From a virus: a DNA stretch of 64,000 nucleotides. Shown one piece after another: positions 58,452-64,000 of this stretch. The stretch's first letter is position 1, and the number at the start of each line of letters is the position of its first letter. The notes beneath the pieces were generated by a model that was given only the letters and a program-made list of their open reading frames with translations, was not told the DNA's origin and did not search any database. Made by a program: the position numbers and the translations under genes. The DNA is taken from IMG/VR virus record IMGVR_UViG_3300021964_007369, positions 27,801 through 91,800 of that record. One strand, given 5' to 3'.

Positions 58452-58669
58452 ACGATATAGAAGACGATATACACGATCAATTAACAAAAGCGTATCTTGA
58501 TTATTTCAAAGCAAACGAAAAGTTTGAAAGAAATAACTCTATTAGAACACATCGAGAAGTAAGAAAATGGCTACGGGTAATACGTAGCCTAGCAAAACAA
58601 CGTTCTGACGAGATACATCTAAAGCATACAACTACAAGGCAAACCAGATCAGGCGACGATAAAAAATAG
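58448..58669 (+). CDS. Small basic helical protein, possibly Hc1/histone-H1-like nucleoid protein
   Basis: 73 aa, ATGA overlap with gp46; NEKFE..R..R..L..I..LAK.R.. helical hairpin pattern (weak). Confidence 0.5.
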   Translation: MNDIEDDIHDQLTKAYLDYFKANEKFERNNSIRTHREVRKWLRVIRSLAKQRSDEIHLKHTTTRQTRSGDDKK

Positions 58670-58686
58670 GTCCAATATATAATGCT

Positions 58687-59136
58687 ATGCAGTGGACTTA
58701 TGACGGAAAAATAATAGACGAAATACCAGAAGAATATGAAGGATTTGTTTATCTTATTACCAATACCACTACAGGCCAAAAATACATAGGCAAAAAACTA
58801 GCAAAATTTAAAACTACTAAGCCACCACTCAAAGGCAAGAAAAACAAAAGACGAGGCTACAAAGAAAGCGACTGGCGTACTTACTGGGGATCCAGTGATA
58901 GACTAAACGCAGATGTGGCCGCACTAGGCGAAGACAAGTTTACAAGAGAAATACTATACCTATGTAAAGGTAGGGGCGAAATGTCCTATATAGAGGCAAG
59001 AGAACAGTTTGATAGGCGTGTGCTTGAAACAGATGAATACTATAATGGTATTATTAATGTTAGAGTAGGCGGATCAGACAAACTCAAACAGGCATTGCTA
59101 GAACAAAACATCAAGGCAAAACAATCTAACACTTAA
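58687..59136 (+). CDS. GIY-YIG endonuclease (T4 endonuclease II/Seg-like)
   Basis: GFVYLITN..KYIGKK, YWGSS, conserved E (YIEAREQ) and YYN. Confidence 0.85.
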   Translation: MQWTYDGKIIDEIPEEYEGFVYLITNTTTGQKYIGKKLAKFKTTKPPLKGKKNKRRGYKESDWRTYWGSSDRLNADVAALGEDKFTREILYLCKGRGEMSYIEAREQFDRRVLETDEYYNGIINVRVGGSDKLKQALLEQNIKAKQSNT

Positions 59137-59545
59137 GGTTGGCGGGCCAGTTTATAATACCGCTGAGTAAAGGGTGACGTGAAAATCACACTCGTACACG
59201 TTGAGCCGCGTCCGGTAGTAGGGCGGCAGGATTGGCGTAGATTGACTGTTAGCAATCGAAAAACACAACACAGTTCATAAAAACTCTTTAGCAATAGGAA
59301 CGAAGCGAGAGGTATTACGGTGTAGCGTATATTTTAAGAATATACGGCGTAGCGTAAGATGTCGACGTAGGTTGGGAAAGGTCAGAGCCCATTGAACTAA
59401 GTGTATAAACAAATAACCTACTTCCAATGTCTCGGCTGTGGCGAACTCACATGAAGACCAAGATTAGATGGAACCAGCGATTAGGTTCCGTCTGACTGAA
59501 ACAATCTACATGAAGTAACTACAATATTACTTCGTAATATTGCTT
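59137..59545 (+). ncRNA. Candidate large structured non-coding RNA, family not recognised
   Basis: Gene-free, GC-richer than flanks; multiple stems with G-U pairs and long-range pairing GTAGATTG(59237-44)/CAATCTAC(59502-09). Confidence 0.5.
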
Positions 59546-59637
59546 TAATTATTGTTTATCACTTCTATCACACATAATCAAATACGAAGTAAATAGTTTG
59601 AGCGTTAGCGAAAACAAATATCTACGAAGTAGATATT
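59522..59637. repeat. Cluster of inverted repeats with TAC-GAA-GTA triloop core
   Basis: CAATATTAC-TTC-GTAATATTG (59522-42), TACGAAGTA (59583-91), AATATCTAC-GAA-GTAGATATT (59617-37). Confidence 0.75.
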
Positions 59638-59687
59638 GAATATATATGCATAAATAATGTATAAGACAAATATAGGTAGGAACACTA

Positions 59688-60395
59688 ATGAGATTAATTG
59701 ATATTACTTCAACAGATTCTGACTTAAACGAAGCACCTGCTGGTTTTTTTAAACAAGGACTTAAGAAGATAGGTGCAAAAGCGGCCGCTAAAGTTGGAAT
59801 GAAGGGTACAGCCGCAAGTTTAGCCCAGCAAGTAGACACTGGAGCGTCAGCAAACCAACTTAAAGTAGATCTTCAAGGATACTTAGGTGGTATTGGCGGT
59901 AGTTTAAAGAAATTAGATGCTACTGAACTAAAAGCATTTTTAGCAAGTAAAAAAATGCCTACTAATTCAGTACCTGCAAGCGGAATTGTTCCTCCAAAAG
60001 AATTAGATAACATCCTTTTAAAAACATTACAACAAAGTAAAAAAGTTACAGGCGCACCGGCTGTTGGAGCAAAACAAGATCCATCAGCAATCGGAAGCGG
60101 AACAGCACCAGCAGGTGGTGGACAAGCACAAGGTGGATCACAGGCACCACAAGCACAAGGTGGACAAGCACAAGGTGGACAAGCACCGGCACAGGGTGGC
60201 GGACAAGCGCCAGCGCCAAACGATGCTAATAATGACGGTAAAGACGATACAACAGGAAAAGTTATTCCAATGAAAAAACCTGGAGCGGCACCTGCCGCAG
60301 GCGGACAGGCTTCTGCTGGAATTCCTGATGCATTACAAACACAATTAGATGCGTTGACGCCAACTGAGAAAAAAGCACTAGCAGGAATAATATAA
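59688..60395 (+). CDS. Probable internal head (ejection) protein with N-terminal LxE propeptide
   Basis: MRLIDIT..DLNE|AP; preceded by TAAATA (59651-56); Ala/Gly/Lys/Gln-rich. Confidence 0.55.
   Translation: MRLIDITSTDSDLNEAPAGFFKQGLKKIGAKAAAKVGMKGTAASLAQQVDTGASANQLKVDLQGYLGGIGGSLKKLDATELKAFLASKKMPTNSVPASGIVPPKELDNILLKTLQQSKKVTGAPAVGAKQDPSAIGSGTAPAGGGQAQGGSQAPQAQGGQAQGGQAPAQGGGQAPAPNDANNDGKDDTTGKVIPMKKPGAAPAAGGQASAGIPDALQTQLDALTPTEKKALAGII
60117..60210 (+). repeat. Coding tandem repeat (GGQAQ units, ~15 nt)
   Basis: GGTGGACAAGCACAA-like units repeated within the ORF. Confidence 0.7.
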
Positions 60396-62572
60396 TGAAA
60401 CTAACAGAAGTAACAGGTTATAATTCAAAAACAGCACAAATCCTTAAAGAAGGATTTCAAGATCTTACTGAAACACAGATTGTTTATCTAAACAGGTGGG
60501 AAAAAGAACTTTGGCCATTAGTTGAACAATATGTTAATGAAGCGGCACAACAATTAACTCCAGATCAAATACAAGATATTTTTAAAGGAGCCGAAAGTGT
60601 TGCTGATGCTAGTGGCGAAAACAAAAATACACTAGGAAAAGCCGCCGGTGCTGTAGGAGCGGCCGCTAAGTTACCTATAGATATTGCTAAAAAAGTAGAT
60701 GCCAAAATTAATGAACTTGGTAAAATGGCACAAAATGCTGGTCCAGTTAAAAACATGGATCAAAAATTTGAGCAACTTAAAAAAGACATTACTGCAAATA
60801 ATTCAGATTCAAAAATTGTACAAGGAATACAAAAAGTAAGCGATTGGGCAAAAGAAAATCCAGGCAAAGCAAGTATTGCTGTAGGTGTTCTTACAACTAT
60901 AGCGGCTTTTGCAGGCGGACCAATGGGTGGCGCGGCCGCTGGTTTGGTATTACGTGCTTCTAAAGATTTATTACAAGGTGAAAAATTATCAACAGCAGTT
61001 GGTAAGTCAGTTAAAACAGCGGCATATGGTGCTCTTGCTGGTATGGCAATTCAAGGTTTAACTGATAATATGATTGACAATATTGCAACAGGTAGCGAAG
61101 CAGAAGCAGACGCAATGCTAGATGGTTTTGAAAAAGCTAATTTTCAAGCGTCTGTAGATGGCGCGGCGGCAGAAGCGGGTCTTGATGCAGGTGTGCTTGA
61201 TGGTGCTATGAACTATAGCAGTGAAGGTAACATAAACGGTTTCTATTACAACTATGATTTTACTATGACTGCAGATCAAGTTGAAAAATTTAAAGCACTT
61301 AAAGATGCCGTAACAAATTCAAAAACATTCAGCCCAGAGTTTTACAAAGCGGCTGGCGAATTACACGGATTTCTTTCAACAGCACAACAAGCAAACACAG
61401 ACTTATCAGCACTTGCACGAACAATAGCAAACATTCCAAAAGATGTGTTGACAGGTGATCAGATGGATGCGGCAATCGCTGTGCTTGACAATGCAGATGA
61501 AGCAATTGAAAAAATTATGGCTGTAGGAGGAGGCGCGGCTTCGGCGGCACAAGGTGCTCTTGCAACTGTAGATGATAATAATAAAAAAATGCACAAGGTC
61601 AAACCAATTGATCCTGAAGAAAAGAAACAATTAGAATTAAGTTTAAAAGGCGGAGAAGATTCTCCAGCAGACGATAAAGTTGCAGTGCGTGGAACTGAAT
61701 CTGTAGATTTTTCTAACGACATGGATGTGTTGTTTGATGAATGGTTGCGTGAAGCAGACCCTGCACAAGGTGAACTTCCATTAAACAATCCAAATACAAC
61801 AGGTGCAAAAGTTAAAAGAGGTTTTGGAAATTTAGTCAAAGGTGCAAAAGGCGCTGTTGGTAAAGCGGCTAGTAAAGTAAAAGCTGGTGCAAAAGAATTA
61901 ACATCTAACGTAACAGCGGCAAAACTAAATTCACAATGGAAAAAAATGGGAGAACCAACTGATGCAGGATCTATATACAATTTACTTACAACATTTGGTA
62001 TGGACGATGCAATGGTGCAACAAATTGCAACAGGTGCAAAAGTTGAATTAAAACCGTCAGGTGATGCAAAGACTGTTACAACAGCACCAGGCAAAGATGC
62101 AGGAGCAAGTAAAACAGGTGATGCGGCTGATACAACTACAAGTACAGTGAAAAAAGGTGACGTACAAGAAATAGGTGGTGTGCAATACAAATGGGAAGGC
62201 GCACTATGGGTTAATGTTTCAACAAATAAACCTGTAGGAATTATACCAGCGATTGAATTAGGATTACCTAATCCTAAAATTGATCCTATTGTAGCGGCGG
62301 CTAAAAAAGATCCAGAACTTGCAAAACTAATTAAAGCACAAATAACATCAAAAGGTGTAGAAGCAGGTACAGCTGGCGCGGCCAAAGCGGCTAAAGCAGG
62401 TGTTAAAGGTACTGGTAGTTTAGATGCAGGCGGAGTTGGAGCAGATAAAACAAAAATAGTTCCAGGTAGTAAGCCAAAAGCGGCACCAGTAAAAGCGGCA
62501 CCAAAAGCGGCACCAAAAGCGGCTAAGAAATCACCTAATCCAAAAGCACCACCTAAAAAAGCAGTAGCTTAA
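60395..62572 (+). CDS. Probable internal head/ejection protein, 725 aa, with hydrophobic Gly/Ala segment and Lys/Ala/Pro-rich tail
   Basis: MKLTE..ILKE..LTE; segment IAVGVLTTIAAFAGGPMGGAAAGLV; C-terminal KAAP repeats. Confidence 0.5.
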   Translation: MKLTEVTGYNSKTAQILKEGFQDLTETQIVYLNRWEKELWPLVEQYVNEAAQQLTPDQIQDIFKGAESVADASGENKNTLGKAAGAVGAAAKLPIDIAKKVDAKINELGKMAQNAGPVKNMDQKFEQLKKDITANNSDSKIVQGIQKVSDWAKENPGKASIAVGVLTTIAAFAGGPMGGAAAGLVLRASKDLLQGEKLSTAVGKSVKTAAYGALAGMAIQGLTDNMIDNIATGSEAEADAMLDGFEKANFQASVDGAAAEAGLDAGVLDGAMNYSSEGNINGFYYNYDFTMTADQVEKFKALKDAVTNSKTFSPEFYKAAGELHGFLSTAQQANTDLSALARTIANIPKDVLTGDQMDAAIAVLDNADEAIEKIMAVGGGAASAAQGALATVDDNNKKMHKVKPIDPEEKKQLELSLKGGEDSPADDKVAVRGTESVDFSNDMDVLFDEWLREADPAQGELPLNNPNTTGAKVKRGFGNLVKGAKGAVGKAASKVKAGAKELTSNVTAAKLNSQWKKMGEPTDAGSIYNLLTTFGMDDAMVQQIATGAKVELKPSGDAKTVTTAPGKDAGASKTGDAADTTTSTVKKGDVQEIGGVQYKWEGALWVNVSTNKPVGIIPAIELGLPNPKIDPIVAAAKKDPELAKLIKAQITSKGVEAGTAGAAKAAKAGVKGTGSLDAGGVGADKTKIVPGSKPKAAPVKAAPKAAPKAAKKSPNPKAPPKKAVA
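62477..62524 (+). repeat. Coding tandem repeat AAAGCGGCACCA (KAAP)
   Basis: Three to four near-identical 12-nt units. Confidence 0.7.
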
Positions 62573-62796
62573 AAATAAGGTAATTTACTTTCTTTAGTAA
62601 TATTAAGATTTTCTTCAACTAACTTACCGATAATTTCTCTATCAGCAAAGTCTATGGCATATGCTTCGTCAAGACTAAGTCCGCCTCTCATGTGCCAACA
62701 AAGTTTATAAGTTTCAAACTTAATTTGTTTAACCCTGTCGTCTAGGACCTTAACCTCTTGCAATATACGCTCAAGAGGCCAGGTTAAGATCCTCAT
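62569..62796 (-). CDS. Small baseplate/tail assembly protein (gp51-like position), possibly made as a -1 frameshift extension of the upstream gene
   Basis: LCWHMRGGLSLDEAY..DRE; ATG overlaps upstream stop in the -1 frame after AAATTTTTTC. Confidence 0.6.
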   Translation of the reverse strand: MRILTWPLERILQEVKVLDDRVKQIKFETYKLCWHMRGGLSLDEAYAIDFADREIIGKLVEENLNITKESKLPYF

Positions 62797-63677
62797 ACGA
62801 AAAAATTTGATTGATCAAATACAATTGGCACATCGTAAGTTTTAGGAGCACCAGCTTTTATTTCTTCTGGTGTTGCTTCAACTTTCATAGGCTTGTTACT
62901 AAAATTATCTTTAATCTTCTCTACGTGATTTCTAATTGCATTGTATACTTTTGCATCTGCATTTTCTACAAACTCTCTGATATGTGCAGTATTTGTAACA
63001 GGGTCTTCTTCCTGATATTGAATAGCACTAATACTATCACAGATCATATTAACGTTTATGTCTGTCATTGTCTTAAATGATGATTGAAATCTAGCAAGTT
63101 TTTCTTCTTGTTTCATATCTTCATTAGATACAGTTTGTAATAAACGTTGTTCTTCAAAAGTTTTCATTGCTACTGATGTAAATGTTTTATAAGACATAGG
63201 ACGTATTTGTACTAAAAATTCCCCAGCTTGTAAAATATCTTCATATTTTGTAGTAGTGTATTTGTCAAGCAATGTACGCATATCTAATTCAAATGATTTT
63301 TCAATATCTGTATTAGGCACTTTAGTATTCATTGTTAACTTTTCACCATACGTAGCAATTCTTATTGCAATTAATAAAGTGTCGAGGTCGATGCTAGGAC
63401 ATTGCCAAGCATCTTTTATATTAGGACAACAACTTTGCAATACATCTACAGTTGACTGACCATTTAATAATGCATCAGGAGTATTCATTGTAATTTCATC
63501 CTTTGCGGTCATTGCAAATATTGGCAACTCACCGTTTTCAGGATAATCTATTGTTCCTTTTGGCCAAAACTTACCACCACTTGGTAAACTAATATAAATT
63601 TTAGCTTGCCTGAAGTGTTTTGCTAAGGGGTTAGCCCCTAGTGGTTGTATTGGTTTCATTTCCATATTATCTGACAT
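62793..63677 (-). CDS. gp26: Baseplate hub assembly protein, T4 gp26-like (start moved to MSDNME)
   Basis: ISLPSGG..MTAKDE..DLDTLLIAIRIATYGE; ends NFF; next to probable tape-measure gene. Confidence 0.7.
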   Translation of the reverse strand: MSDNMEMKPIQPLGANPLAKHFRQAKIYISLPSGGKFWPKGTIDYPENGELPIFAMTAKDEITMNTPDALLNGQSTVDVLQSCCPNIKDAWQCPSIDLDTLLIAIRIATYGEKLTMNTKVPNTDIEKSFELDMRTLLDKYTTTKYEDILQAGEFLVQIRPMSYKTFTSVAMKTFEEQRLLQTVSNEDMKQEEKLARFQSSFKTMTDINVNMICDSISAIQYQEEDPVTNTAHIREFVENADAKVYNAIRNHVEKIKDNFSNKPMKVEATPEEIKAGAPKTYDVPIVFDQSNFFV

Positions 63678-63716
63678 GTTTATTCTCCAGCTAAATACAT
63701 TGTGTAGTAGCACTCG

Positions 63717-63724
63717 TATTTATA
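63717..63724 (-). promoter_or_regulatory. T4-type late promoter TATAAATA; a divergent TAAATA lies on + at 63692-63697
   Basis: Exact octamer 40 nt upstream of ATG at 63677. Confidence 0.65.
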
Positions 63725-63751
63725 GGACTCAGTTAAGTAGGTATTTAATAT

Positions 63752-64000
63752 ATGGCAGAAGTATCAGTAGAAATTCCAGGTATCGGACAGGTAAACGCAG
63801 TTAACGCGGCTACAGAGTCTACATTACAGGAAATTCTAAAAGCAATGAAAAAAGGCGGTGGCCTTGGTGGTGGCGGCGGCGCAGGTGGTGGCGGCGGCGT
63901 AGGTGGTGCGGCCGGAAAAGCTGGTAAAGAGCTAGGAAAATTTGAAAAAGAAGTAGCTGAATCAACTACAGCCCTTGACGATATGGGCAAAGCGGCTGTT
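63752..64000 (+). CDS. N-terminus of probable tape-measure protein (partial; not in ORF track)
   Basis: Manual translation MAEVSVEIPGIGQVNAVNAATESTLQEILKAMKKGGGLGGGGG..., open to the window end; helical A/E/K-rich; adjacent to gp26-like gene. Confidence 0.55.
   Translation, partial: MAEVSVEIPGIGQVNAVNAATESTLQEILKAMKKGGGLGGGGGAGGGGGVGGAAGKAGKELGKFEKEVAESTTALDDMGKAAV

Noticed and set aside
59370-59500. RNase P RNA or tmRNA identity (GGGAAAGGTCAGAG loosely resembles the RNase P CR-I element)
   Set aside because: Other conserved regions and tRNA-like ends (T-loop, CCA) were not found; the resemblance is too weak without a covariance-model search.
58687-59520. Group I intron carrying a GIY-YIG homing endonuclease
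   Set aside because: No interrupted host gene flanks it, and I could not find the P7 (R/S) consensus elements; the nuclease is a compact single domain.
59549-59839. 96-aa minus-strand ORF crossing the hairpin region
   Set aside because: Half is antisense to the 235-aa gene; no supporting RBS or motif.
61459-62385. 308-aa minus-strand ORF
   Set aside because: Antisense shadow of the Ala/Gly/Lys-rich 725-aa gene; no motifs, and it can be explained by codon bias.
60117-62524. Short tandem repeats as a CRISPR or mini-array
   Set aside because: Units are 12-15 nt, in frame, without unique spacers; they are coding low-complexity repeats.
63745-63990. 81-aa Pro-rich minus-strand ORF
   Set aside because: Antisense of the Gly-rich plus-strand ORF that starts at 63752.
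1-64000. Alternative genetic code (stop-codon reassignment)
   Set aside because: The standard code gives near-complete coding density, including a 14.8-kb ORF, and TAA, TGA and TAG all end genes at sensible junctions.

Overview
The window is part of an AT-rich, T4-related (contractile-tailed) large or jumbo bacteriophage genome; no host chromosomal genes, tRNAs, rRNAs or CRISPR arrays were seen. It has three parts. (1) Bases 1-21.4 kb (minus strand) hold one tightly coupled enzyme operon that runs off the left edge. It contains ten radical-SAM proteins (eight with the twitch/SPASM-like Cys domain at the N-terminus), four glycosyltransferases in two paralogous pairs, two SGNH-like proteins, a methyltransferase-like protein, a minimal kinase, a nitroreductase-like protein and an Fe(II)/2OG hydroxylase-like protein. 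(2) Bases 21.4-54.7 kb (minus strand) are a tail-fibre/baseplate module: three paralogous fibres, a 4948-aa structural protein, gp6-, gp25- and gp53-like proteins, PAAR, a CHAP hydrolase and gp5 with a GH19 domain. (3) Bases 54.8-64 kb hold a gp55-like late sigma factor, gp47/gp46, a GIY-YIG nuclease, a ~550-nt highly structured non-coding region, two probable internal head proteins, a gp26-like gene with a candidate -1 frameshift, and the start of a probable tape-measure gene. The best candidates for undescribed biology are the radical-SAM/glycosyltransferase operon next to the tail-fibre genes (inferred virion-glycan or other hypermodification pathway) and the structured non-coding element after the GIY-YIG gene. 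All product calls rest on motifs read by eye; no database search was run.
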